A stretch of DNA of 64,000 nucleotides, taken from Spirochaetia bacterium (GTDB lineage: Bacteria > Spirochaetota > Spirochaetia > DSM-2461). The stretch is from positions 1,984,001 to 2,048,000 of the forward strand of contig OY764216.1 of assembly GCA_963668315.1 (NCBI GenBank). Reading direction: 5' to 3'. A program made the position numbers and the translations under genes. Every line of letters starts with the position of its first letter. The stretch's first letter is position 1. Positions 29,343 to 40,029 of this stretch are shown here, piece after piece. A model generated the notes under the pieces. That model was not told the DNA's origin and did not search any database. It saw only the letters and a list, made by a program, of their open reading frames with translations.

Positions 29343-31602
29343 GATCCGTCCGCGTCTGGTGCATCTTCCCCTTCTTCCGGGGCTGGCCGGAGGGCTCCTC
29401 TGGCTGATCCTCCTGTTCCTCTGGAGTCCTGCCGACGGGGTGGAGGCTTTTGCCGGCCGGCGGTACAGCCCCTATGTCACCGACAGGAACGGCCGTCTTC
29501 TGCAGATCCTCCCCCTGGAGGAGGGACTGCGCCGGGAATATGTTCCCCTGGAGGAGCTTCCCGGCGAGCTTGTTCAGCTGCTGGTCCAGAGCGAGGACCG
29601 GCGCTTTCCCTATCACTTCGGCGTGGACCCGCTGGCCATGTTCCGGGCGGCCCTTCTCTTTGCCCGGGAGGGGGAGATCGTTTCAGGCGGCTCCACCATT
29701 ACCATGCAGCTGGCCCGGATCATCAATCCCCATGAGCCGACCGTGACGGGGAAACTCAAGGAGATGGTTCAGGCCGTCTGGCTGGAGTTCGCCTTTCCGA
29801 AAGAGCGCATTCTGGAGCTGTGGATCAACAATATTCCCTACGGAAGAAATACCGAAGGGGTGGTAAGCGCATCCCGGGAGTATTTCGGCCACGGACCGGT
29901 TTTTCTGACCCGGGGGGAGGCGGCCGTACTGGCGGTTCTTCCCCGGAGCCCGGTCTACTATAATCCGGCCCTGCTGGACAGGAGGAACGGCGAAGCCGAG
30001 AGGGGAAGTGCCCTGGCGGACAGGGTACTGGCCCTGCTCAGGGAGACAGACATGGCCGACGGGCTGACCCGGGAGGATCTTCTGGCCGATATCCGGGAGG
30101 GAAACCGCCGGGGCGCCAACTACGTCTTTCCCCGCCTCGTGCCCCATTTCATCGCCATGATCCGGCCGCAGATTACCGAAGAGGAGTGGCACCGGGGCGG
30201 CAGACTCATCACCTCCCTGGATCTGGACAGGCACGGCTGGATGGAAGATACCATCAACCGGCTGATCGATGACGCCCGGGAAAACCGCATCCATAACGGG
30301 GCCGCCCTGGTTCTGGATAACCGTACGGGGGAGATCCTCGCCTACGTGGGGTCCCAGGATTTCTCCGATACCAGCCAGGGGCAGATCGACGGCATACAGG
30401 CCTTCGGCCAGCCCGGATCGACCATGAAGCCCTTTCTTTACGCCCTGGCCCTGGACCGGGGAATGACCCCGGCCACGGTGCTTCCCGATATCCCGATGAT
30501 GTTCGGAAGCCGGGAAATCTACACCCCGGAGAATTTCAATAACCGCTTTAACGGCCCGGTCAGGCTGAGAACGGCCCTGGCGTCTTCCCTGAATATCCCT
30601 GCCGTCTACGTTCTCGAGAAGCTGGGGACGCCCCTTTTCATCGAGAAGCTGAAGGAGGCGGGCTTTTCCTCACTGGAAGGCCGGGAAGGGGAGCTGGGTA
30701 CGGGAGTGGCCCTGGGCGACGGGGATGTGACCCTGTGGGAGCTGACATCCGCTTTCGCTCTATTCCCCCGGGGAGGAGAGACGCTGACACCGCGCTGGCG
30801 CAAGGACGAAAGCTATCAGGAGGGGCGGCAGATTTACAGCGAAAGAAGCGCCGCCCTGATAAACGATATTCTGACCGACAGGACGGGGAGGGTGACCGGC
30901 TTCGGGCAGAGCAGCCGTCTCGATACGGATTTCCCCGCCATTTTCAAAACGGGGACTTCCAATCAGTTTAACGATATCTGGGCTCTGGGGGCCACCACCG
31001 ATTTAACCTGCGGGGTCTGGATGGGAAACTTTTCCGGCGAAACGGTCATTGGAAGGCCGGGAAGTTCCCTTCCCGCCGAGGGGGCCGCCGGTTTCCTGAG
31101 GGAATTTTCCGCCGGTCACGAGTTTCCGCCGCCCGAGGGGGTCAAACAGGTCAGGATCTGCACCCTTTCAGGCGAGGCGGCCGGTTTGTGGTGCCCGGGG
31201 ACCATGGAGGAGCTGATCCCCGAGGAAATATCCCTGGACACCTGCTCATTCCATGGGCCGGACGGGGAAATCCGCTGGCCCGATGAATACCGCTACTGGC
31301 GTGAGGGCAGCCGGTCATCCTACTCCTCCTCGGCTCTCCATGAACCGGAAGGGCGCCTCGTTCTTCTCCATCCGCCTTCGGGCAGTCAGTTTTATCTGGA
31401 TGAAAACCTTCCCGGAAACGCCCAGTCCGTCCGTATCGAAGCTTCGGCTCCCGAACCGATCACCCTCTATGTCGACGGCAGGCTTCTGGCCGAAAAAAGC
31501 CCTTCCCCCCTGCGGATCTCACGAAAACTGGAGAGGGGGACTCACCAAATTCTTCTGATCACCGATAAGGACAGGGCGGAAGGGAGTTATGACGTTAAAT
31601 AA
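29329..31602 (+). CDS. pbpC: penicillin-binding protein 1C
   Basis: Transglycosylase EDRRF, SGGSTITMQ; transpeptidase STMK, SLN, KTG; overlaps A2M stop. Confidence 0.92.
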   Translation: MLSARIRPRLVHLPLLPGLAGGLLWLILLFLWSPADGVEAFAGRRYSPYVTDRNGRLLQILPLEEGLRREYVPLEELPGELVQLLVQSEDRRFPYHFGVDPLAMFRAALLFAREGEIVSGGSTITMQLARIINPHEPTVTGKLKEMVQAVWLEFAFPKERILELWINNIPYGRNTEGVVSASREYFGHGPVFLTRGEAAVLAVLPRSPVYYNPALLDRRNGEAERGSALADRVLALLRETDMADGLTREDLLADIREGNRRGANYVFPRLVPHFIAMIRPQITEEEWHRGGRLITSLDLDRHGWMEDTINRLIDDARENRIHNGAALVLDNRTGEILAYVGSQDFSDTSQGQIDGIQAFGQPGSTMKPFLYALALDRGMTPATVLPDIPMMFGSREIYTPENFNNRFNGPVRLRTALASSLNIPAVYVLEKLGTPLFIEKLKEAGFSSLEGREGELGTGVALGDGDVTLWELTSAFALFPRGGETLTPRWRKDESYQEGRQIYSERSAALINDILTDRTGRVTGFGQSSRLDTDFPAIFKTGTSNQFNDIWALGATTDLTCGVWMGNFSGETVIGRPGSSLPAEGAAGFLREFSAGHEFPPPEGVKQVRICTLSGEAAGLWCPGTMEELIPEEISLDTCSFHGPDGEIRWPDEYRYWREGSRSSYSSSALHEPEGRLVLLHPPSGSQFYLDENLPGNAQSVRIEASAPEPITLYVDGRLLAEKSPSPLRISRKLERGTHQILLITDKDRAEGSYDVK

Positions 31603-31672
31603 GCCGTCTCAGAAGAGCGATCCCGCGGTCAGGGCGAAGAACGGGAACATCCGCCGAAGCCCGGTCTGAAGG

Positions 31673-32878
31673 CTATTCGCTTGCCAATGCTTCAACCGGA
31701 TCCAGTCCGGCGGCTCTGGCGGCGGGGTTGTAACCAAAGAAGACCCCGATGAACGCACTGAAGAGAAAACTGAATAGGACGGCGCCCCACTGGATGGAAA
31801 ATGCCCAGGCCATAACATAGGTCGTCACGGAGCTGATGACCACGCCCATGAGAATCCCCAATGTTCCGCCTATAATGGTAATGGTCGCCGCTTCTATCAG
31901 AAATTGCCGCTTAATCGCCGCGGGGGTCGCCCCCAGGGCCTTGCGGATACCGATCTCTTTCTGCCGTTCGGTGACGGTCACGATCATGATATTCATTATG
32001 CCGATTCCCCCGACCAGCAGGGAAATCGCCGCCACGCCCGCCAGGAGGAGACTAACCGTTCCCAGAGTTTCATCCACCTTTTCCAGCATGGAGGCCATGG
32101 AGCGAATATGAAGGGAATCTTCCACGCCTGTTTTCTCTTCCGCCCAGTCGGTAATGATATCTTCCATATCGGAAGTCTCGTCCTGATTCAGAACCTGGAC
32201 AAGAACACTCGCGGCTTCGGGATTGGGTTCAATTTTCTTTTTGTAGAATCCCCTCGGGATATAGGCCGCGCTGGCCGTCGATTCCATACCGGAATCCTTA
32301 TCTTCCAGAACCCCGATGACTTCAAAGCCATAGGTCGAATTATTCGTGTCGACAATGATCTGTCTGCCGACTCCGTCCCCGTCGGGAAAGAGCGAATCGG
32401 AGACATCGGAGCCGAGGATGATCTTCTGCGCCCCCATGACATTATCGCTCACCGTGAACCAGCTGCCCCCTTCCTTGAGTTCCGCTCCCGTCGTCGGGAG
32501 GTACCCGTATTCCACGGCCGTGCAGTTGACGGAAGCTTCGGTCCCGTCGTCGAGACGAAGGGTGCTGCTCAGGCTGTTTTTGTAGTAGATGGACTTCAGA
32601 CCCTCTATTTCGCCCCACAACTCTTCGCGAAAATCCTCATCAAAGGTGATGGTAGAGCTGGAAGAAGCTCCCCTATGGCTCATAAATCCCGTACTCAGGG
32701 AAAGTTCGTCAAGACCGGAATCTCCAAAGGTGCTGGTGATATTTGCCGTGGCGCTCTGGCCAAGGGTTGTTATCACGATGACCGATGCGACGCCTATGAT
32801 AATTCCCAGCAGGGACAAGAGAGTTCTCATTTTGTTAATCCGGAAATTCTGCAGCGCGTTTATTAAATCTTCAAGCAT
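31673..32878 (-). CDS. MacB-like ABC transporter permease
   Basis: RTLLSLLGIIIG, GGIGIMNIM, ERQKEIGIRKALGA, PAARAAGLDP. Confidence 0.93.
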   Translation of the reverse strand: MLEDLINALQNFRINKMRTLLSLLGIIIGVASVIVITTLGQSATANITSTFGDSGLDELSLSTGFMSHRGASSSSTITFDEDFREELWGEIEGLKSIYYKNSLSSTLRLDDGTEASVNCTAVEYGYLPTTGAELKEGGSWFTVSDNVMGAQKIILGSDVSDSLFPDGDGVGRQIIVDTNNSTYGFEVIGVLEDKDSGMESTASAAYIPRGFYKKKIEPNPEAASVLVQVLNQDETSDMEDIITDWAEEKTGVEDSLHIRSMASMLEKVDETLGTVSLLLAGVAAISLLVGGIGIMNIMIVTVTERQKEIGIRKALGATPAAIKRQFLIEAATITIIGGTLGILMGVVISSVTTYVMAWAFSIQWGAVLFSFLFSAFIGVFFGYNPAARAAGLDPVEALASE

Positions 32879-33621
32879 TACAGATTTCCTTGCAGACTAT
32901 AAATCTCGTCCGAATGAGAGGCTATTTCCCTATCCGTTTCACCGTCACTTTCAATGATGCCGTCCAGAATCCGAATGCAGCGGTCCGCGCTGTGGCCGAT
33001 CCCGGGATCATGGGTAATGATGATGATAGTCGTTCCTTCCCTTTGATTAATCCGGCGGAACAGTCTCATGACGTTTCGGCCCGTCTCGGAGTCAAGAGCC
33101 CCGGTCGGTTCATCGGCAAGTACGATCTTCGGACGGCTGGCGGTCGCCCGCGCAATAGCTGCCCGCTGTTTCTGGCCTCCCGACAATTCGGAAGGCCTGT
33201 GGGTCATGCGGTCTTCAAGACCGACCAGATGAAGAACTTCCTCTGCGCGGATGCGCCGCTCTGAAACGGGCAGTCCCTGGTACCGGAGGGGCAGCATGAC
33301 ATTTTCCAGAACGTTCATGGTCGAAAGCAGGTGATACTGCTGGAAAACGAATCCCACCGTTTCATTGCGCAGCCGGGCCAGTTCCTTTTCCGTCATCTCG
33401 GAAGTGAACTTTCCCCCGATGGCCACTTTCCCCCGGGAAGGACGGTCAAGGCATCCTATCATATTCATGCAGGTCGATTTTCCGGAGCCCGACGGTCCCA
33501 TGATGGAAAGGAATTCCCCTTGCGCCACGTCGAAACTGATTCCCCGCAGTGCTTGCACTTCGTTGTCTCCCATCACATATACTTTCCATACGTCCTGCAG
33601 GCTGATTACTGTAGATTCCAT
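32878..33621 (-). CDS. ABC transporter ATP-binding protein (MacB/LolD type)
   Basis: GPSGSGKS, LSGGQ, ADEPTGALD; start MESTV after GGAGGA. Confidence 0.93.
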   Translation of the reverse strand: MESTVISLQDVWKVYVMGDNEVQALRGISFDVAQGEFLSIMGPSGSGKSTCMNMIGCLDRPSRGKVAIGGKFTSEMTEKELARLRNETVGFVFQQYHLLSTMNVLENVMLPLRYQGLPVSERRIRAEEVLHLVGLEDRMTHRPSELSGGQKQRAAIARATASRPKIVLADEPTGALDSETGRNVMRLFRRINQREGTTIIIITHDPGIGHSADRCIRILDGIIESDGETDREIASHSDEIYSLQGNL

Positions 33622-33642
33622 AATTCCTCCATAGGGCAAAGA

Positions 33643-34794
33643 CTATTGTCCTCCGCCGGAAGGCGGCTGGCCGCCACCGCCGCTGGGGGGAGCGCTCGGC
33701 GGCTGCCCGCCTCCCATCCCGGGGCCTCCCATGCCCATGGGGCCGAACATGGTATTCTGCGCTTCTGTGCCGGACTTGTTCTCCTTCTGGGCTTTCAGCA
33801 CATCCCCTTCTTCGAGGCCGCCTCCCACAATCTTTACGTATGTGGTGTCATAGGGGACGACATTCACGTCCAACTTTGTATAGGACCCGTTTTCATCCAG
33901 GACCTCGACATAGGCTCCGTTTTTATTGCTGTTAACGGCATATCGCTCGACGAGCAGTACCGAAGTCGGCTCGGAGACTTCGATTTTTCCGGTAAAGGAG
34001 TACTCGGGGAGAATCTCTTCCGGCGGATCGTAAATCCTCACTTCCGCATTAACGACGGTAGCTCCCGAATCGCTTATGGTGCCAACGGCAGGCCAGGAAA
34101 CGAGGCTTCCCTCCACCGACCCCTCGCTATAGGCGGGGAAGGTCAGCTCGACGGCTTGCCCCTTCTTCAGTTTAGACACATCCGTTTCGACCACCTCTAT
34201 TTCCGCTTTCAGATAGTCCCGGTTGATGAGGGTGCCCAGTTCATCGGTATTCTCAAAGACATCGCCGGGAGCGGCATCAAGATCGGCTATTATGCCGTCA
34301 AACATGGCGATCACCTGCCGGTCTTTTAACTCCTCATTAATCATTTCCCTTTGAATTTCCATCAGAGCCACTTCCTTCATGGCACCGGTAATGCGCTTTT
34401 GCTCTATATCATAATCCTGTTTGGCCAGATTGTATTTTTCCTCGGAATTTTTAAATTGGACGAGAATCTGCCCTTTTTGAACGTGATCGCCTTCCTTTAC
34501 AAAAACGTCGGTAACCGTCCCGTCTGCGGCGCACTGCAGGGTTTGTGTCTGGGCGGCCTCAATATTCCCGGAAACATCAATGACATTTTCGTAGGTCTCC
34601 TTCATTACCGTATAGGAGATCCCGGCCAGTTCGGCTGCCTTGGTTTTTGATGTGTGAAGCGTTATTATCCCCGCCGCCGCTGCCGCGAGAATAACAGCAA
34701 TGACAAGGGTTATGATCAGCGGTTTCATCATTCTCCTCCCTTTCCTTCCTGTTTTTTCAGCCAGGGGTCTTTCTGCCGTTTCCATCATTGTCAT
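33643..34794 (-). CDS. periplasmic adaptor (MacA/HlyD-like)
   Basis: N-terminal TM, lipoyl-like VKEGDHVQKGQ, Gly/Pro tail. Confidence 0.85.
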   Translation of the reverse strand: MTMMETAERPLAEKTGRKGRRMMKPLIITLVIAVILAAAAAGIITLHTSKTKAAELAGISYTVMKETYENVIDVSGNIEAAQTQTLQCAADGTVTDVFVKEGDHVQKGQILVQFKNSEEKYNLAKQDYDIEQKRITGAMKEVALMEIQREMINEELKDRQVIAMFDGIIADLDAAPGDVFENTDELGTLINRDYLKAEIEVVETDVSKLKKGQAVELTFPAYSEGSVEGSLVSWPAVGTISDSGATVVNAEVRIYDPPEEILPEYSFTGKIEVSEPTSVLLVERYAVNSNKNGAYVEVLDENGSYTKLDVNVVPYDTTYVKIVGGGLEEGDVLKAQKENKSGTEAQNTMFGPMGMGGPGMGGGQPPSAPPSGGGGQPPSGGGQ

Positions 34795-36257
34795 TCTCCT
34801 GTTCCCGTGTAATCCGTATTTTCTGAATTGATAAAATACTGAGCAATTTTAAGATTATATAAAACGTAATCTATATTCGTCAGACTGGCCGTATACCGGG
34901 CCTGTTCATAACTGTTTCTGTTCTGGGCAAGGTCTGAGTTCGCAATAAGCCCCTTTTCCGACCACTCCAGACTGTCTTCATAGAGCTTTTTATACAGGAC
35001 GAGATTCTCGCTGTTCCGCTGCTTTGCCCAAACGAGATCCCCGTAATCGGTCTCCGCGTCTCCGACGGCATCGGTATAGGCCTGTTCGGCGATTTTTATG
35101 TCCAGGATCTCAAGCTGACGGTCATATTCATCGTCCCTCTCATCCAGGGCAGATGTCCTGCGCTCGGTCAAGTCCCATTCAAGAGAAAGCAGGAGAGAGG
35201 GATCGGAAGGATCTTCCAGAGGAGTACTGATCCCGGCGGATAAGGACATCCCCCGGTAGGAAGCGGAAAGACCGGCGGAGAGGGAGTGGGTCATCGCCTC
35301 TTCCGTGTCGTCCGTGCCGCTCAGATACCCGTCCCATCCATAACCGAAATCGGCGCGCAAGGTAAAATCCCTATCGCTCTGCCGGCTTCTCTCGTTATAT
35401 CCGTTAGTCCAGATCGATTCTTCGAGATCGATGTACATTTGCCTGTCGTAATCCTCCATGTGGGCCAACTCCGTCGAATCGAGGGACGGGGGCAGCTCGG
35501 GGAGATCGGTCAGGCCATCCCTTTCCATGCCGCACCCCACGGCGAAATTACCCAGGGCATTCGCCAGAAGACGGGTCTCTTCTTCTACTTCCCGTTCGGC
35601 GGAATTTACTTCAAGCCGGGCCGATATATAAGTTGAGGAATAGGGCGCATAGCCTTCTACTTTTATTTCATCAAAGTCAGTTTGCAGCGTATAGAGGGTC
35701 GTTTTCCCGTCGGCCAGACTCTGGGCGGCCTCATAGAGGCTCCTCACTTCATTCCAGAATGATTCTTCGACGGCGATGCGCTTCAGGGTCAAATCCCTTT
35801 GGGAAAGGGTAAGTTCCCGTTCCGCCGATTCTATTTCCAGGGATGCCAGTCCGGCCGTATTCGAAATGATATCCGTGGAGAGGGTAACCTCGCCATTGTC
35901 AAATGCCGTGGCGGAACCGGAGCTGTCCGTTTCGACGGTCACAGGAATCGAAGCCGTCACCGACGTTCCGTTAATTAACGGGAGGCTTACGGTCGCCTGA
36001 GGGCTGAATTCCATCTCTGTTCCGTCGGAATTAAGCTCCAGTGACATATTCCCGGTAGAAACATTCACTTCCGTTCCATTCGCGACATTTGCCCTATCAA
36101 GGGACGTTTCCGCCTGCTTTACTTTAACCTGAAGCTGCTGCAGTTCCAGATTATGTTCCTTATACCCGATGAAGCAGTCATTCAATGTCTGGGCGCTGAG
36201 CATTGTTCCCCAGACAAAAATGAAGCCGGCGGCCGGGATCATTTTATTTAATTTCAT
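34791..36257 (-). CDS. TolC-family outer membrane protein
   Basis: Signal peptide from MKLNK (36257), coiled-coil/beta alternation, first gene of exporter operon. Confidence 0.7.
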   Translation of the reverse strand: MKLNKMIPAAGFIFVWGTMLSAQTLNDCFIGYKEHNLELQQLQVKVKQAETSLDRANVANGTEVNVSTGNMSLELNSDGTEMEFSPQATVSLPLINGTSVTASIPVTVETDSSGSATAFDNGEVTLSTDIISNTAGLASLEIESAERELTLSQRDLTLKRIAVEESFWNEVRSLYEAAQSLADGKTTLYTLQTDFDEIKVEGYAPYSSTYISARLEVNSAEREVEEETRLLANALGNFAVGCGMERDGLTDLPELPPSLDSTELAHMEDYDRQMYIDLEESIWTNGYNERSRQSDRDFTLRADFGYGWDGYLSGTDDTEEAMTHSLSAGLSASYRGMSLSAGISTPLEDPSDPSLLLSLEWDLTERRTSALDERDDEYDRQLEILDIKIAEQAYTDAVGDAETDYGDLVWAKQRNSENLVLYKKLYEDSLEWSEKGLIANSDLAQNRNSYEQARYTASLTNIDYVLYNLKIAQYFINSENTDYTGTGE

Positions 36258-36367
36258 TCTATCACCTATGCGTATTACCCGGGAAATGTGGAATTCACAC
36301 TCTATCCCTTTTTTCCTTCGGATAGGAAAAATCATACAGGAATCGGCTTTTAAAGGGAGAGATGTTT

Positions 36368-36385
36368 TGTAAAAAGAATGTAAAA
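36368..36385. promoter_or_regulatory. OmpR-type tandem direct repeat
   Basis: TGTAAAA at 36368 and 36379 (11-bp period) between divergent exporter and HK/RR. Confidence 0.5.
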
Positions 36386-36505
36386 TATATGGGGGAGGAC
36401 GGGGCATTTCGAAACATTTCGGGCAGAATACTGTAAAGTGACGGTGTTCCCCCTCCCCGCGGCGGGAATTTTGATTAACAGGAAGAGGATAGTATAATAG
36501 GTAAT

Positions 36506-38035
36506 ATGAAACCGCGAATTCCCTCGGGAAAGCAGATACTGCTTCCCGGTTTAGTCCTGGCCGTGGCCGCCATGGGCCTTTTATCATTTCTCCAGATCAG
36601 ATGGATGGGCGATTCCCTTCAGGCCGAGAATATGCGTTACCGAAGGGGGGTGAACGACGACCTGAACCATATCGTCTGGAAGCTCTTCGAAAGGCTGGAT
36701 TTGGATCGTCTCGATCCGGAGTCCCTCGAAGCATCCATGAAAGGGTGGAAGGAAGATTCGGAGTATCCCGATCTGATAAAATCGGCCTCTCCCCTTGGAA
36801 ATGACCGGGCGCAGGCCGGGGAATTTTCCCCCCATGAAGGGGACGTCTATATTCTGGGGGGGAGAGCCGATGCGGGGTATCTGCTCGTCCTTGACGGGGC
36901 CTCTCTTTATGAGACTCTGCTTATGGAGGAGCTGCGTGAATACTCACTGGATTACTCCTTCACGGTTTCCTACGAAGAGATGGCTCCCGATTTCAGGGAA
37001 AAGGCCGGACCCATGGAAGACCGCGATTCCCTGATTAGGACCTATCTGCCCCAATTCATAGATCTATCCGATGCGGAAAGGCGCTTCGACAATATACTTT
37101 TTTCCCCCAGGGAGATGCCTTTTCCCCCGGAGAGAGCCGAGGGGGGGGGAGGGAAAATTATCCATGCCTACCGCCTCACGGTGGATTTGAATGAGGGAAG
37201 GGGGACGGCCCGGTTCGAAAGGCGCCTGAAAAGATCCAATCTGGGGCTTCTGGGAAGCCTGATTCTTATTCTGGCCGGCTGCTATTATCTTCTTTTCCGG
37301 CTCTACCGCGATGAGGAGGGACTCCGCCGCACGGAGCAGACCTTTGTCGCTTCCGTTTCCCATGAACTGCGAACGCCCATCGCCGTGATCAAGACGGCCT
37401 CGGAGAATCTGCAGCGGGGCATTGTCGCCGACGGGGAACGGGTCAAAGCCTATGGTCAGGTCATTCAGACCGAGGCCGACCGTCTGAACCGCATGGTGGA
37501 GGGAATTCTCTCCTACTCGCGCATGGAAGGCAGCGGCGCGAACAATTCCCGGCCGGTGAAAACCGATCCCCGTTCCTGTACCGGGGAGATCCTGGAGAGA
37601 CTGAAACTGACCTATCCGGAATGCCGGTGGGATGAGGATCTGACGGGAGCTCCGGCCGAGGTTCTCCTGGATCGGGAGTCCTACCGGCTGATACTGGAAA
37701 ACCTTGTGACCAACGGGATACTCCATGGAGAGAAGGGGATCATGAGAATCCGTCTGCTCAGCGACTTTCCCTCCCGGTGGAGGCTTATCGTGGAAGATGA
37801 GGGCGGCGGCATTCCCCGGAGGGAGCAGAAAAGAATCTTTGATCCCTTCGTGAGGGGACGGAAAAGCGAAGAACGTCAGGTGAGAGGCAGCGGACTGGGG
37901 CTCTATCTGGTGAAAAGAGCCGCCCTTTCTATGGGTGGCTCGGTTATTCTGGAGAGTCCCTACGAATATCCGGCGGGCCGGGAAAGAGGGGGCTGCCGCT
38001 TTACCCTGATTCTGCCCGTGGGAGAGGAGCAGTAG
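36506..38035 (+). CDS. sensor histidine kinase
   Basis: SHELRTP, DEGGGI, GSGLGL. Confidence 0.92.
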   Translation: MKPRIPSGKQILLPGLVLAVAAMGLLSFLQIRWMGDSLQAENMRYRRGVNDDLNHIVWKLFERLDLDRLDPESLEASMKGWKEDSEYPDLIKSASPLGNDRAQAGEFSPHEGDVYILGGRADAGYLLVLDGASLYETLLMEELREYSLDYSFTVSYEEMAPDFREKAGPMEDRDSLIRTYLPQFIDLSDAERRFDNILFSPREMPFPPERAEGGGGKIIHAYRLTVDLNEGRGTARFERRLKRSNLGLLGSLILILAGCYYLLFRLYRDEEGLRRTEQTFVASVSHELRTPIAVIKTASENLQRGIVADGERVKAYGQVIQTEADRLNRMVEGILSYSRMEGSGANNSRPVKTDPRSCTGEILERLKLTYPECRWDEDLTGAPAEVLLDRESYRLILENLVTNGILHGEKGIMRIRLLSDFPSRWRLIVEDEGGGIPRREQKRIFDPFVRGRKSEERQVRGSGLGLYLVKRAALSMGGSVILESPYEYPAGRERGGCRFTLILPVGEEQ

Positions 38036-38740
38036 ATGAGCCGGATTCTGATGATAGAGGATGAGCCGGGCCTGCAGCTGACCGTTAGCGATCTGCTGGT
38101 GAACGAGGGCTATGAAGTGGAAATACGGGGCGACGGTCCCCGGGGGGAAGAAGAAGCGTCGAAAGGATTATACGATCTGATTCTTCTGGACGTGATGCTT
38201 CCGGGAAAGGATGGCTTTCAGATATGCAGGTCCCTCCGCGAGAAGGGCCTTACCGTTCCCGTTCTCATGCTGACAGCCCGGGTCACATCGATTGATACGG
38301 TTATGGGACTTAAGCTGGGGGCCGATGATTATCTGACCAAGCCCTTTGATTCCCAGGTTCTTCTGGCCAGGATAGAAGCGCTTCTCCGCAGGGCGTCGGG
38401 GGCGAAGGGCGGGAAAAATGCTCCCCTCCCTCCGGCGGAAGAGTTCGGCAGTTTTATTCTGAACCGGGACAGGGGAAGTCTCATGAAGAGAGAGGGGGAC
38501 CGGTTCCGGGAGATTACCCTGAATACCCAGGAGTACCGGCTTCTGGTTTTTCTGGCAGACCATCCTGAAAAAATACTCAGCCGCAACGAGCTTCTCGATG
38601 CCGTCTGGGGATATGAGACGGAAACATCCACCAGGACGGTGGATGTGCATATCGCCTGGCTTCGTCAGAAACTGGACGAGAAGGACCGTCCCCGGCATAT
38701 CATTACTCTCCGGGGACGGGGCTATAAATTCGTTATCTAA
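38036..38740 (+). CDS. OmpR-family response regulator
   Basis: REC domain plus wHTH, RTVDVHIAWLRQKL, RGRGY. Confidence 0.94.
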   Translation: MSRILMIEDEPGLQLTVSDLLVNEGYEVEIRGDGPRGEEEASKGLYDLILLDVMLPGKDGFQICRSLREKGLTVPVLMLTARVTSIDTVMGLKLGADDYLTKPFDSQVLLARIEALLRRASGAKGGKNAPLPPAEEFGSFILNRDRGSLMKREGDRFREITLNTQEYRLLVFLADHPEKILSRNELLDAVWGYETETSTRTVDVHIAWLRQKLDEKDRPRHIITLRGRGYKFVI

Positions 38741-40029
38741 ACGACTTTATAGCCCGCTTCCGTGACGGCTGCCTTCAGGGCCTCGGGATCGGCTTCACCC
38801 TTGATCACCGCTTTCTTCCCTTCCAGATCCACCCTGGCTTCCTCCGTTCCCCTTACCGATTCCAGCGCGTCCTTCACGGTGGCTGAGCAGTGGTGGCAGT
38901 TCATTCCTTCAATATTCAGCACGATTTCCTTACTCATATTTATCACTCCTTGGATTTTATGTTCTTCCTCATGTTCTTCTCCGTGACAGCAGCTTCCGCC
39001 ACAGCTCTTTTTCCTTATCAGTTTTCTGTAGAACGCGGCGCCCAGCAGAAGGGCGAAAAATCCCGCCGCCAGGTAGTCAACCAGTGAGAAACCCATCTGG
39101 TGTGACATGACCGATCCGGCGAATTCCCATCCGGTCAGTTCGGCAATTCCGTTCATGAGAAGTCCGAAGACCAGGCTTCCGCCTATAATCGTTCCCAGGT
39201 AGAAGAGTGTCTGCTTTCTGCCCAGGACGCGGGAGAGAATGGCCAGGGTGGCGGCGTTTGTTGCCGGGCCGGCCACCAGGAAGACATAGGCGGCGCCGGG
39301 TGAAAACCCTTTCAGTATCAGGGCTACCGCAATGGGAATGCTTGAGGTGGAGCAGACATACATGGGTATCCCGATCACCACCATGAGAAGCATGGAGAGA
39401 AAACCGCCTCCGAACAGGGTCCCCTCGAAAAAATTGTTCGGAATAGCGAGGGAAATCACGGCCGCCAGAGCCAGGCCTACGAGAAAGTTCACCGCAATAT
39501 CATCCACCGATTCCCTGTAGGCGAAGTTGAAGAATTGCCTCCACTTCCCCTTTGTGTCTCCCGCTGATGCACCCCGGGCTAATTCCTCTTCCCCTTTCCC
39601 ATCGGTTCTGTCATCCCTATCGAACAGGTAGGAGAAAAATCCTCCCAATACTCCCGTAATCAGGGCGGTAAGAGCCCGGAAAACGGCAAAAAGGGGCCCG
39701 AGCATACCCCAGGTAGCCGTCAGACTGTCCACTCCTGTCTGGGGAGTGGAAATAAGAAAGCTCATGACCGCCGGTTTGGAAGCCCCGTATTTTTTCAGGT
39801 AGGACGCCGTGGGGATGACGCCGCAGGAGCAGAGGGGCAGGGGGACACCCAGCAGGGCCGATTTGAGAACTGATGACAGATCATGGCCTCCCACATGGCG
39901 GGCCACGACCTCCCTTTTCATAAAAACACTGAGAAGACCGGCCACGGTCATTCCCAGAAGAAGATAGGGAGTCATTTCGATAAACAGAATATATATTTCC
40001 CCGGCAAAAAGGGTAATGTATTTAATCAT
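38737..40029 (-). CDS. DUF318/SO_0444-type metal efflux permease with C-terminal HMA domain
   Basis: PLPLCSCGVIP, PMYVCST, His-rich linker, GMNCHHC. Confidence 0.88.
   Translation of the reverse strand: MIKYITLFAGEIYILFIEMTPYLLLGMTVAGLLSVFMKREVVARHVGGHDLSSVLKSALLGVPLPLCSCGVIPTASYLKKYGASKPAVMSFLISTPQTGVDSLTATWGMLGPLFAVFRALTALITGVLGGFFSYLFDRDDRTDGKGEEELARGASAGDTKGKWRQFFNFAYRESVDDIAVNFLVGLALAAVISLAIPNNFFEGTLFGGGFLSMLLMVVIGIPMYVCSTSSIPIAVALILKGFSPGAAYVFLVAGPATNAATLAILSRVLGRKQTLFYLGTIIGGSLVFGLLMNGIAELTGWEFAGSVMSHQMGFSLVDYLAAGFFALLLGAAFYRKLIRKKSCGGSCCHGEEHEEEHKIQGVINMSKEIVLNIEGMNCHHCSATVKDALESVRGTEEARVDLEGKKAVIKGEADPEALKAAVTEAGYKVV

Noticed and set aside
33643..33750. Gly/Pro/Met-rich tail of the periplasmic adaptor
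   Set aside because: Low-complexity tails are common on MacA-like proteins.
36258..36587. Extended N-termini in the ORF track (TolC to 36587; also 15260, 56389, 50484)
   Set aside because: They overlap neighbouring genes or promoters; downstream ATGs fit signal peptides or domain starts better.
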